From Anolis carolinensis (lineage: Eukaryota): 64,000 nt of DNA. The notes below the pieces were generated by a model. It had not been told where the DNA came from. It saw only the letters and a list, made by a program, of their open reading frames with translations, and searched no databases. The DNA lies in assembly GCF_035594765.1 (NCBI RefSeq), contig NC_085842.1, positions 20,002,782 through 20,066,781 of the forward strand. The letters run 5' to 3'. The stretch's first letter is position 1. Each line of letters starts with the position of its first letter. Position numbers and translations under genes: made by a program. Positions 1 to 11,692 of this stretch are shown piece by piece.

Positions 1-5
1 TTATT

Positions 6-53
<48 letters not shown>

Positions 54-242
54 GAGGGTTGGAAGAGACCCCTTGGGTTATTTAGTCCAATCCCCTTCTG
101 CCTTTGTGCACTGAAAGCACAAGCAAAGCACCCCTGACAGATGGCCATCCAACCTCAATGTTAATAATAATAATAATAATAATAATAATGTGATTTTGTG
201 ATACGAAATCCAGCATATCTATCTTGTTTGCTGTGTCATACA

Positions 243-293
<51 letters not shown>

Positions 294-423
294 GGGTTGT
301 AAGAGAAGAAGAGACCCCTTGGGTCATTTAGTCCAAACCCCTTCTGCCCTTGTGCCATGGGGGCCAGATAAATAGCTTCGATGGGCCGCATCCGGCCCCC
401 GGGCCTTAGTTTGGGGACCCCTG
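1..423. repeat. (AAT)n microsatellites with CR1-tail pieces, ending in a hAT-type TIR
   Basis: (AAT)n runs; ...TAGTTTGGGGACCCCTG terminus. Confidence 0.65.
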
Positions 424-520
424 GTCTACACTGTCATGTCAGTAACATGCTATGCTAATGATATAGTATATTTTATATATGTGTATGTGTGTGTGTATAA
501 TATTGTATATAATATACAAT

Positions 521-670
521 AGGTAAAGGTAAAGGTTTTCCCCTGACGTTAAGTCCAGTCGTGACCAACTCTGGGGGTTGGTGCTCATCTCCATTTCTAA
601 GCCAAAGAGCTGGCGTTGTCCATAGACACCTCCAAGGTCATGACTGCATGGAGCGCAGTCATGCTGGCCA
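521..670 (-). mobile_element. Sauria SINE 3' fragment
   Basis: (ACCTTT)n tail on the - strand and Sauria body; other pieces at about 9268-9378 and 48449-48585. Confidence 0.75.
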
Positions 671-1164
671 CATAATTATTTACAATAATAAATAATACTT
701 AATATATTGTATATACATGTAATATTGATAATAACATTATAATGTAATGCAATATAATACTAATAATAATACAATATAATAATATTAATTATATATTATT
801 TATTACATGTAATATTACTGGTAATATTACAGTATAGTGGTATAGTGCAATATGCTGGTATATAGTGCTAGTGTTGTGCTGTGCTAGTGATATAAAACAC
901 TGTATGTAAATATTATTTGTAAGCCGCTCTGAGTCCCCTTTGGGGTGAGAAGGGCGGGATATAAATGTAGCAAATAAATAATAAATAATAAATGTAATCC
1001 AGTTCAAAGCAGATTCTGTGGATTTTATACTGCTGTGTAGAAGGGGTTATATATTAATCAAATCCGTGATAGCCAAACCCACAAAAGTTAAACCTGTAAA
1101 TGTATTTTACTTTGTTAGCTGTGGTATATCTATAGTAAATCTTAAATGAGTAAAAAAAAAACCA

Positions 1165-1720
1165 TGTTGTAGAAGGCTTTCATGGCTGGAATCACTGGGT
1201 TGCTGTGCGTTTTCTGGGCTGTTGGCCATGTTCCAGAAGCATTCTCTCCTGACATTTTGCCCACATCTACGGCAGGCATCCTCAGAGGTTGTGAGGTTTG
1301 TTGCAAACTAAGCAAGTGGGGTTTATATATCTATGGAATGTCCAGGGTGGGAGAAAGAACTCTTGTCTGTTGGAGCCAAGTGTGAATGTTGCAATTGCCC
1401 AGCTTGATTAGCATTGAATGGCCTTGCACTTAACACCTCCCAACAAAAGATTCCCCCAGGCAGGAAGTAGCCAGGCTTTGAAGCTGCGAGGCTATTCAAT
1501 GCTGAGCAAGGTGACCAGCTGCAACATTCGCACTTGCCTCAAACAGACAAGAGTTCTTTCTCCCACCCTGGACATTATTCCACAGATATATAAACCCCAC
1601 TTGCTTAGTTTCCAGCAGACCCCACAACCTCTGAGGATGCCTGCCATAGATGTGGGCAAAATGTCAGGAGAGAATGCTTCTGGAACATAGCCATACAGCC
1701 CGGAAAACTCACAGCAACCC
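1165..1720. mobile_element. Penelope-like element fragment with inverted pseudo-LTRs (decayed hammerhead motifs)
   Basis: Inverted ~170-bp repeats containing CTGAGGA...GGGCAAAATGTCAGG. Confidence 0.8.
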
Positions 1721-2001
1721 ATACATACATAGTTTGGTTCCAGGACCTCCTATAGATTACCCAAATTTGTGGAACCTTAAGTCCCATGATATACAACAAC
1801 TTAGTAGAATGATGCCCCTTGTATGAAAGGGCAAAAACAAAGTTCACTTTTTAGATTAATTTTTTTTTTTCAAACAGTAGATGGTGGAATCCGTGGATGC
1901 CAAATCCATGGATACAGAGGGCTGATTTCACCTTCTGTTTTATTGTATGTTATGTTTTAATTGATTGTTTTATTTGATTGTTGTATCATTGTTTTAAGTT
2001 A

Positions 2002-2323
2002 CAGTAGAGTCTCACTTATCCAAGTTAAACGGGCCGGCAGAAGCTTGGATAAGCAAATAACTTGGATAATAAGGAGACATTAAGGAAAAGCCTATTAAAC
2101 ATCAAATTAGGTTATGATTTTACAAATTAGCACCAAAACATCCTGTTATACAACAAATTAGACAGAAAAGGTAGTTCAATACGCAGTAATGTTATGATGT
2201 AATTACTGTATTTACAAATTTAGCACCAAAATATCATGATATATTGAAAACACTGACTACAAAAATGGCTTGGATTATCCAGGGGCTTGGATAAGCGAGG
2301 CTTGGATTAGTGAGACTCTACTG
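2002..2323. mobile_element. Tc1/Tigger-like MITE (TIR CAGTAGAGTCTCACTTATCCAA, TA TSD)
   Basis: TIRs flanked by TA; other copies at 28572-28915, 39701-40023, 53974-54423 (end clipped), 60218-60540, 63544-63868. Confidence 0.88.
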
Positions 2324-2429
2324 TATTGATATGTGTTTTAAATTGCTATAACTTGTTTCTGTTTTGGGCTTGGCCCCATGTTAGCCGCCCCAAGTCCCTT
2401 CGGCAAGATGGTGGAGGGATAGAAAAATA

Positions 2430-2486
<57 letters not shown>

Positions 2487-2586
2487 CCATGGATTCCAAC
2501 CAGTTTCCACCATAGGGCCCTTGGGCTGAATCCAGCCCTCCCAATATTCCCCAGTGTTGTTGTATGTCTTTCGGGCTGTATTCTCT

Positions 2587-2627
2587 CCTGACGTTTCGCC
2601 CACATCTATGGCAGGCATCCTCAGAGG
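2587..2627 (-). ncRNA. Minimal type-I hammerhead ribozyme (Penelope-associated)
   Basis: Exact reverse complement of 2969-3009. Confidence 0.8.
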
Positions 2628-2968
2628 TTGTGAGGCATGGATAAACTGGGTAAGAAAGGAAAAAATATATATCTGTGGAGAGTCCAGGGTGTGACAAGAG
2701 TCCTTTGTCAGTGTTTCAGTTAATCACCCTAATTAGCATTGGAAAGGTTTGTCTCTTGCCTGGGGGGCATCCTTAGTTCAGAGTCATTAGCCGTCCTTGG
2801 GGCTCCTCTGCCCTCAGAGTGTTGCTTCCCATCTACTGTTTTGATTTTTGAGTTTTTTAATACTGGTAGCCAGATTTTGTTCATTTTCATGGTTTCTTCC
2901 TTTCTGTTGAAGTTGTCCACATGCTTGTGGATTTTTCCTTCCTTACCCAGTTTATCCATCCCTCACAA

Positions 2969-3009
2969 CCTCTGAGGATGCCTGCCATAGATGTGGGCGA
3001 AACGTCAGG
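2969..3009 (+). ncRNA. Minimal type-I hammerhead ribozyme (Penelope-associated)
   Basis: CCU-CUGAGGA-U-GCCUGC[cauagau]GUGGGC-GAAAC-GUC-AGG: both conserved core boxes, stem II, short stem I, GUC cleavage triplet. Confidence 0.8.
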
Positions 3010-3531
3010 AGAGAATGCTTCTGGAACCTGGCCACACAGCCCGAAAGACATACAACAACCCTGTGATCCCGGCCATGAAAGCCTTCGACAACACATTCCC
3101 CAGTGTCCTTCCTTCATAATACTCCCATCTCCCAGCTTTTGTTATTTTCTCCAGGCAGTAAATGGCTGCAATCCACCATTCAATCACCCAGCTTTGTCAA
3201 AAGCAGTAAGAAGCAGAATAGAATCATAGAACTGGAAGAGACCTCCATGAGAATCCAGTCCATGCAGGGAGACACAAGCAAAGCATTCCTGATAGATGGC
3301 CATCCAGACTTGATTTAACATTAATTGCAAAACCATGAAATCATAGGAACTCTAATTTTGCAAGCCTTCTCTGCCAGAGAGTGCTGATGCCTCACCAAAT
3401 TATAAATCCCATGACTCCATTGCACTGAGCCATGGCAAAGTGGTGTTAATCTGCATTAATTCTACAGTGTGGATGCAACCTTAGATAACAAGAACACAAT
3501 AGGATCCATAAAGCTATAACTCTACAGTGTT

Positions 3532-3665
3532 CAGGCATGGGCAAACTTGGGCCCTCCAGGTGTTTTGGACTTCAACTCCCACAATTCCTAACAGCCTACC
3601 GGCTGTTAGGAATTGTGGGAGTTGAAGTCCAAAACACCTGGAGGGCCCAAGTTTGCCCATGCCTG
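3532..3665. mobile_element. Near-perfect palindromic hAT-type MITE (related copy 55241-55395)
   Basis: CAGGCATGGGCAAACTT...AAGTTTGCCCATGCCTG with ~64-bp arms. Confidence 0.8.
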
Positions 3666-4478
3666 GAGCTGCACCTTGGGACTCACAGAAGCAAAACTTG
3701 GGACTTCTCACGGCCTGCCATAGATGTGGGCGAAACATCAGGAGAGAATGCTTCTGGAACATGACCATCACAGCAACCCAATCCTTTTCTTGATAGGGAA
3801 ACATCAGATCAGGAGTCAGAACATGTGGCTTTGCAAACAATACAGCTCCCATCATGCCCAGCCAGAATGAGCCTTAATGAGGGGTAACTTTGATCTTCAA
3901 AGATCTGGGTTCAAATCCCTACTCTCTCCAAGCATCTTACCTCTTCCTATGCACCCTCCTTTTTCTTTCTTTTTTGGATGCATCCAAAAAGAAAGGCCAG
4001 GCCAGGTCAGATCCTCTTCCTTTTCTCTTGGAGCCTAAATAAGAACAAAAGCCCCCTCTGCCCCAGTTTTGGCGATGCTCACTTACTCCTCCCTCCTTTG
4101 GCTTCCACAGCCCGCTCTAGGCAACTCAGCTCTACCAGCTTAACCCTTTGAAAACTCTATTGAAAATACATTCAACCTTCCAGGCCTATGCTTCCTAGGG
4201 TTGCCAGATTGAAAACTGCTGGGGGTTCTTGTGCATTTAGTGGCAATATTGGAGAAAGAATTGCAGCATAGTGTGGCAAGCAAACCCTGCTGCAATTCCC
4301 TTGAGAAACACTCCACAAGTCCTTATACAGATTTCTCAGGAGACAGGCAAGGTGGCTTGGTATCCTCATACCACCAAAAACTTGCCACAATGTATGAGGG
4401 TTGAATGAAAAGTAATGCCTCCACCTTCGTAACCCCACAACAGATGGCAGTCCTGGTCTGCGGCAGAGACTGGCTTGT

Positions 4479-4975
4479 GTTGTCGAAGGTTTTCATGGCC
4501 GGGATTCACAGGGTTGTTGTATGTCTTTCGGGCTGTGTGGCCATGTTCCAGAAGTATTCTCTCCTGACGTTTTGCCCACATCTGTGGCAGGCATCCTCAG
4601 AGGGTGTGAGGCATGGATAAACTAGGCAAGGAAAGGAAAGAATATATATCTGTGTGGAGTCCAGGGTGTGGCAAGAGTCCTTTGTCACTGGGAAGTCAGC
4701 ATTAATGTCTCAGTTTATCACCCTAATTAGCATTGGAAAGGTTTTCTCTCTTGCCTGGGGGGCATCCTTTGTTCGGTCATTAGCCGTCCTTGGGGCTCCT
4801 CTGCCCTCAGAGTGTTGGTTCCCATCTACTGTTTTGATTTTAGAGTTTTTAAATCCACAGATATATATTTTTTCCTTTTCCTTGCCTAGTTTATCCATGC
4901 CTCACAGCCTCTGAGGATGTCTGACATAGATGTGGGTGAAACATCAGGAGAGAATACTTCTGGAACATGGCCACA
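4479..4975. mobile_element. Penelope-like fragment with inverted pseudo-LTRs, inserted in the mariner left arm
   Basis: Flanked by imperfect duplication cagagactggcttgt / cagggattggcttgt. Confidence 0.8.
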
Positions 4976-5026
4976 CAGGGATTGGCTTGTTCAGTAGACT
5001 CTCCTCTATAGTTAGTTCCATTTAGC

Positions 5027-6091
5027 GGGAAGCTTTAGCATTGAACGGTTGTGTTAAAGTGCAAAGTATGGAACCCTGCGCGGATGGGGAAGCGTAGCAT
5101 TGAACAGTTGTGTTGTTAAAGTGCGAAGTATGGAACCCTGCGCAGATGGGGAAGCCTTAGCACTGAACGGTTGTGTTGTTAAAGTGCGAAGTATGGAACC
5201 CTGCACAGATGGGGAAGCCTTAGCACTGAACGGTTGTGTTGTTAAAGTGCGAAGTATGGAACCCTGCGCAGATGGGGAAGCCTTAGCACTGAACGGTTGT
5301 GTTGTTAAAGTGTGAAGTATGGAACCCTGCGCAGATGGGGAAGCCTTAGCACTGAACGGTTGTGTTGTTAAAGTGCGAAGTATGGAACCCTGCGCAGATG
5401 GGGAAGCCTTAGCACTGAACGGTTGTGTTGTTAAAGTGCGAAGTATGGAACCCTGCGCAGATGGGGAAGCCTTAGCACTGAACGGTTGTGTTGTTAAAGT
5501 GCGAAGTATGGAACCCTGCGCAGATGGGGAAGCCTTAGCACTGAACGGTTGTGTTGTTAAAGTGCGAAGTATGGAACCCTGCGCAGATGGGGAAGCCTTA
5601 GCACTGAACGGTTGTGTTGTTAAAGTGCGAAGTATGGAACCCTGCGCAGATGGGGAAGCCTTAGCACTGAACGGTTGTGTTGTTAAAGTGCGAAGTATGG
5701 AACCCTGCGCAGATGGGGAAGCCTTAGCACTGAACGGTTGTGTTGTTAAAGTGCGAAGTATGGAACCCTGCGCAGATGGGGAAGCCTTAGCACTGAACGG
5801 TTGTGTTGTTAAAGTGTGAAGTATGGAACCCTGCGCAGATGGGGAAGCCTTAGCACTGAACGGTTGTGTTGTTAAAGTGTGAAGTATGGAACCCTGCGCA
5901 GATGGGGAAGCCTTAGCACTGAACGGTTGTGTTGTTAAAGTGCGAAGTATGGAACCCTGCGCAGATGGGGAAGCCTTAGCACTGAACGGTTGTGTTGTTA
6001 AAGTGCGAAGTATGGAACCCTGCGCAGATGAGGAAGCCTTAGCACTGAACGGTTGTGTTGTTAAAGTGTGAAGTATGGAACCCTGCGCAGA
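5027..6091 (+). repeat. 63-bp minisatellite, about 17 copies
   Basis: Unit GAAGTATGGAACCCTGCGCAGATGGGGAAGCCTTAGCACTGAACGGTTGTGTTGTTAAAGTGC. Confidence 0.97.
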
Positions 6092-6310
6092 CGGTCGGTC
6101 AATGCGACTTAAGCAACGTGCAGTCACTGAATTCTTGACACCCCAAAGGAGATTCATCAGAGAATGCAAGCTGTTTATGGGGGTTGTGTTGATGTGAGTC
6201 CTGTGCATCGTTGGGCGAGTACGTTTAAAGATGTTGAGGTGGGAACATCTGACTTGCGTGACAAAGAGTTGGACGCCCTGTGACAGCAACCACCGAGTTT
6301 CACAAGCAAA

Positions 6311-6770
6311 ATTTATTTATTTATTTACAGTATTTATATTCCGCCCTTCTCACCCCGAAGGGGACTCAGGGCGGATCACATTATACACACATAGGGCAAA
6401 CATTCAATGCCCATAAACACATCAAACAGAGACAGACAGTCGCAGAGGCAATTTAACCTTCTCCTGAGGGGATGTTCGATTCTGGCCACAGGGGGGAGCA
6501 GCTGCTTCATCATCCACTCTGATGGCACTTCCTCATTCCAGGTCGTAAATTAGTTAAACTTGCCTCCCCACTTTTTTTTATAAGTGGTACCTTATTTCCT
6601 ACTTGATAGATGCAACTATCTTTCGGGTTACTAGGTCAGCAACGAGCAGGGGTTATTTTTTTTTTTAATTGACGGGTGCTCACCCCGCCACGGGCTGGCC
6701 TCGAACTCATGACCTCATGGTCAGAGTGATTTAGTGCAGCTGCTCAACAGCCTGCGCCACAGCCCGGCCC
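6311..6770 (-). mobile_element. Full-length tRNA-derived SINE with L2-type tail (Anolis SINE2-like)
   Basis: A/B boxes (TGGCGCAGG, GTTCGAGGCC), (TAAA)n tail, caaaa duplication; splits the mariner transposase remnant. Confidence 0.8.
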
Positions 6771-8409
6771 CAAAAGGTTGACGAATTGATTCAGGACGAT
6801 CGTTGTATCACTCAGTCACATTATTGCTTTGCTTGGCTATCGGAAGATCTGTGCATGATGGGCACCCAGGATGCTGACGCCTGAAATGAAAGCGCACAGA
6901 CTTGAAATTTGCCAGGAACTCCTCTCACGTTACGAGAATGAAGGTGACGCCTTTCTCCTTTGAGGTGACACCTTCTGCTCTCAAGAATTCAGTGACTGCA
7001 CGTTGCTTAAGTTGCATTGACCGACCGTCTGCGCAGGGGTCCATACTTCGCACTTTAACAACACAACCACTCAATGCTAAGGCTTCCCGCCAAATGGAAG
7101 TGTAGAGGAGAGTCTACTGAACAAGCCAGGACCTGCCGCAGACCAGGACTGCCATCTGTTGAGGAGTTACGAAGGGGGAGGCATTACTTTTCATTCAATC
7201 CTCATATTATGATCCACACAGTCAAAGTCTTTAGAATAGTCAATAAAACAAAAATAGATGTTTTTCTGAAACTGCCTAGCTTCCTCCATTATCCTGCATC
7301 CAGATATTGGCCATTGGGTCTCTGGTTCCTCTGCCTTTTCTGAACCCAGCTTGGACATCTGGCAGCTCTCGCTCCATGTATTGCTGGAGTCTGCCTTGCA
7401 GGATCGTGAGCATTACTTTACTGGCATGGGAAATAAGTGCCACTGTACGGAAGTTTGAGCATTCTTTAGCGTTTCCCTTTTTGGGTATGGGGATATAAGT
7501 TGATTTTTTCCAATCTGATGGCTAATCATGTGTTTTTCATATTTGCTGGCATATGGCATGCATCACTTTGACAGCATCATCTTTCAAGATTTTAAACAGT
7601 TCAGCTGGGATCCCGTCATCTCCTGCTGCCTTGCTATTAGCAATTCTTCATAAGGCCCATTCAACCTCACTCCTCAGGATGTCTGGTTCTAATTCACTCA
7701 CCACAATGTCAAAGCTATCCTCGATATTATCTTTCCTATACAGATCATCTGTATAGTCTCAACATCTTTTCTTGATCTCTTCAGCTTGTGTTAGGTCCTT
7801 GCCATCTTTGTTTGTGATCATGCCGATTTTTGCCTGAAATTTACGTCCAATAGTTCTAATTTTCTGGAAGAGGTCTCTTGTCCCTCCTATTCTATTGTCT
7901 TCTTCCACTTCCATGCATTGTTTGTTTTAAAATAGTTCATTATCTCTTCTGACTGACTTCTGGAATTGTGCATTTAATTGGGCATATCTCCCCCTATCAC
8001 TGTTTCCTTTTGCTTTCCTTCTTTCTTGCTCTGTTTCCAATATCTCAGCAGATAGCCATCTTATCTTCTTGGCAAGTCCTTTGGCCACATCATGAGAAGA
8101 CAGGAAAGCTTAGAGAAGGGAATGATGCTGGGAAAATGGAAGGAAAAAGGAAGAGGGGCTGACCAAGGGCAAGGTGGATGGATGGTATCATTGAAGGGAC
8201 TGGCTTGACCTTGAAGGAATTGGGGTGGCAATGGCCAACAGGGAGCTCTGGCGTGGGCTGGTCCATGAGGTCACAAAGGATCGGAAGCAACTGAACGAAT
8301 AAACGAAACAAAAGTACAGGAGCCCCTCCGGTATTTAATTTGGCAACCCTATTAACCTGTGGCTGCAGGTCTGTTTTGTGTGGCAGAAGGGTCAATGATT
8401 CAATGGCTA

Positions 8410-9126
8410 GGAGGTCTGTGCTGTTGGATCTTTCCCCACTACCCACTTCTCATGGTGTTTCCTTGGGAACGTTTCTTCCAAGAAATGTACTTTGTTCCAA
8501 GAAATCTACTTTACCAGAATCTTTACCAGAGTCGGATCAACTATGGCTGCTGTGAATCTCCTTTGGCAGAGAAAAAGCTGGGTGTAGATAACAACTTCTC
8601 AACAACAGGAACGTCTACCAGAACTTGTTCACAGAATCATGCTGGAGGACGTATAAAAACTTAGAGAAGTCTATAGGTCCTCTGGCATAAGTGCACGCAG
8701 ACATTAATCACAGAGATATGCTGAAGGACCTAGAGATTGTTAATGTGGAATTTGTGTATTGGTAGTGTTTAAATGAAATTTGTGTCTTGCCTGTATTGCA
8801 TCATCCAGAGTGTAACATAGTCTGGAAAGAGTTAATTACTAAGAAGCTGTGATGTCCCTGATGTGTGGCTGGAACCAGGGAGTGTCCAGACACAAGTGTG
8901 TGTGCATTGCTGATTGCATCAGTTTAGTTCAGTTCTGTTCTGAGTTGAGTCGAGAGCTGTCTGCTGAGAGTCAAGTCCTGTGTCCATTGTCTGCAAGTCT
9001 GTTTGTCTTGATTATTACTGCTTTCAGTAAAACTTGTATATAGTTTTACCATCGCCTCTGGTGTCTCTTCGTTTTGCATTCCACTAATTCCATCCAACTG
9101 CTGCTGCGCTGCAAATTACTCTGACA
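8410..9126 (+). mobile_element. Probable solo LTR (Gypsy-like); 5' boundary uncertain
   Basis: Ends ...TCTGACA, AGTAAA poly(A)-like signal near 9026; 5' part homologous to the flanks of the 26-bp array. Confidence 0.5.
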
Positions 9127-11692
9127 GACATTCCTGGAAAGAACATATTGATCAAATCCATCAACAGCAAAACGTGCAATTAGATGGCTGTTAGTATGTT
9201 TACAGAAATAACCACCTAAATATATATGTTTAGGAAATGGAAACAAACACAAAAATAGCCCATTGAGGGCCACGATGGCATAACGGGTTAAACCACTGAG
9301 ATGCTGAACCTGCTGACTGAAAGGTTGGCGGTTTGAATCTGTGGGATGGGATGAGCTTCCACTGTTAGCCCCAGCTTCTACCTCTGCGGAGAGGGGCAGA
9401 GAGGGACAGAGTGCGGTTACCACCCCTTTCTTCCTCGTACTCCTACAACCCAAGAAAATGACCATGCTTAATTTTAACTTTAATTTTAGTTTTTGCGGTT
9501 GACTTTGGAGGATTTTAATCCTAGAAGACTGAAGTTTAAGGGATTGTTAAGGCCAGTGAGAAATAGATCATAGATATTAAATAATCCAGATTTTGTGAAT
9601 ATTGTTTTATTAGCTGGTATTGGTTTTGGCGCAGTTTCTCTGTGACGGTTCCTGGTTACGTTGAATAGCAGCGTGTGTGTATCCCACGGGCCTTTTGTGT
9701 AATTGGACCATTGTGAGATTTTCCATGCCTGCTCCACCATCGAGAAGACCCTAGTGAGTGGACTACCCCTTCTGACTTGGATCAATGGAGTATTATTCAT
9801 CACAATTGAGCATTGTGCTCTCGGATATGTGTAACTTATTAGGTCAATCGACGAGCCTCCTTTTTCAACACCTGAAGGCCCTAAACAAGAAACTAGATCA
9901 CTTGGGTGAGGGGGTACCTCACATTGTAGCTACTTCAACTAAAAATTCCTTCCATCAAGGGGCTGAAGAATTCTTGGACCAGACAACTTTGTGGTTCTGG
10001 GGGAGAGAAAATGAGGCCTTAACTCATGAGGGATGGGGGGGCTGGAATTGATAATGACAATGATATTGAGGACTGGGAAAGAGGGAAATTATATGGCGGA
10101 AACATAGCGCAAGACTGCAGGGAAACATTAGATAGGTTGGATTACACAAACAAGTGCTATAAAGAGGAGAATCTGAACCCCAGATGCCAATATAGGCATT
10201 TATACCACCAAGAAAGGAATACATATCGTCAAGTCCCCCAATTAAACAAGGTAGCCTTTGATGTATCAGATACACGATTGAATAGAGGCAGGTGGAATAC
10301 ATTACATCGGGTTACACAGTCCCTTGCATAGATTCTCATGATGCATCCATCCGAAATTAAAATCAATGCCATTACTTGGCTATGCAAAAACATCAATAAT
10401 TCATTGCGGCTACTAACAACATTTGATGATGTCATCACGTCTAAGAACTTATATATCCTCAAGCCTACGTTATGTAGGCGGGGAATCTTAGTGAGAAGGG
10501 TATTTCAAGATCTAGCCATCCACCCACTATGACATGGGCTCAGAGAAACCGCTCATACAGGAAATTGTCCAAGGAACTGTTCAAGGCCCTTAAACTCGGC
10601 ACCCCAGGCACATGACAATAGGATAGAAAAGTATTCTAAAACTGACTTTTGAACAAGGATGGGCAGAGTAATCAGAGCAGAAGTTTTATGTATCTGGGTC
10701 CGTGTAGCGACCATCCTAAGTCGTTGAAAGCTTAACTATGACTAAAATTAAAACTATTTTTATAGAATCATAGAACACTCCTCGGCTTTGATTTTACTAT
10801 TACTTTTCAAGATTTATCCTTATAATTTTGCAGTCATAAAAGTTATAAAAACAGGAAAAATATGTTCAAGAAATAAGTCTCATATTGGATTAATAAATTT
10901 ATAAAATATTAAAGTAGTAAAATAGTAAAAAAAAAATCACCAACTCGCCAAATAATAAAACATATTTAATGAAATAAAGTAAAATAATAAAAATAATAAA
11001 AATTGTAAACTAGCAAATAGTAAAAATGATTAAATTACCTAGATGCTGAAATTCTCTATGGATTTGCATTGTGAAATACGAAAATGTTCTATGTAAATGT
11101 CATGTTAGAGCAAATCCCAGAGTCAAGGTATATTCTAAGCAATGTTTTATGAAGCAATGTCCAGTCACCGAGGGGGTAATTTCACTGACCGGCAGCCTTT
11201 TGTGTTAATCAGCTTCTTCAGCAAAAGGTCAGCTCTAAATACCCCTGAACTTCAGGCTTTGTCTTCCTTGATTGTTTCTTGCTCCTTGCACCTTCTCCTT
11301 TTTACTACTACTTAATTTTAGTTCAACTCCTTCTCAGCATCAGGCTACTTCTTGTAACAAACTAATGAGAGCGTTTGAGACTGGTCACCACGGGACCACC
11401 ACTAATTGACTTGATTAACTCATCAGCCCAAAGAAGGTCCACACTTTTCACTGAAATATATTTTAAATATTGTGGTGTTCTTTCATGGCTTTTTGCACTA
11501 CAAATAAAATATGTGCAGTGGGCATAGGAATTGGTTCATGATTTTTTCAAACTATAGTCTGACCCCAACAGTCTGATAGACCATGAACTGGCCCTCTGCT
11601 TAAAAAGTTTGAGGATACCTGATATAGGATATTTATTTTTAAGAGACTGTTCATTCATTTGGGTAAAAAGACTAATACAGCCATGCCGGCGT

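Larger units (their letters stand above)
2555..3095. mobile_element. Penelope-like element fragment with inverted pseudo-LTRs and GIY-YIG C-terminal remnant
   Basis: IHKHVDNFNRKEETMKMNKIWLPVLK on the - strand; two intact hammerhead cores. Confidence 0.85.
4395..7204 (+). mobile_element. Non-autonomous fold-back mariner element with N-terminal transposase remnant
   Basis: TA-flanked TIRs TGAGGGTTGAATGAAAAGTAATGCC / GGCATTACTTTTCATTCAATCCTCA; remnant MEPCADGRSMRLKQRAVTEFL...GRPVT...WAPRMLT...CQELLSRYENEGDAFL (mariner WVPxxL-like motif); right arm is an inverted copy of the 5' end. Confidence 0.85.
4287..8312. mobile_element. BovB (RTE-clade) LINE fragments: RT region on - (4287-4394, 7205-8040) and 3' end on + (about 8075-8312)
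   Basis: FIDYSKDFDCVDHN|LWQVFGGMRIPSHLACLLRNLYKD split by the mariner; FGHIMRRQESLEKGMMLGKMEGKRKRG at the 3' end. Confidence 0.85.

Noticed and set aside
3713-3745. Further hammerheads here and at about 48590-48622
   Set aside because: Truncated before the CUGAGGA box
5054-6289. 411-aa ORF (-) and MEPCADGE ORFs (+)
   Set aside because: Products of the 63-bp minisatellite within a dead mariner
6690-6770. tRNA gene
   Set aside because: A/B boxes belong to a SINE head; no cloverleaf
11100-11360. Short solo LTR (TGTTAG...TAACA)
   Set aside because: No target-site duplication found; too weak to call
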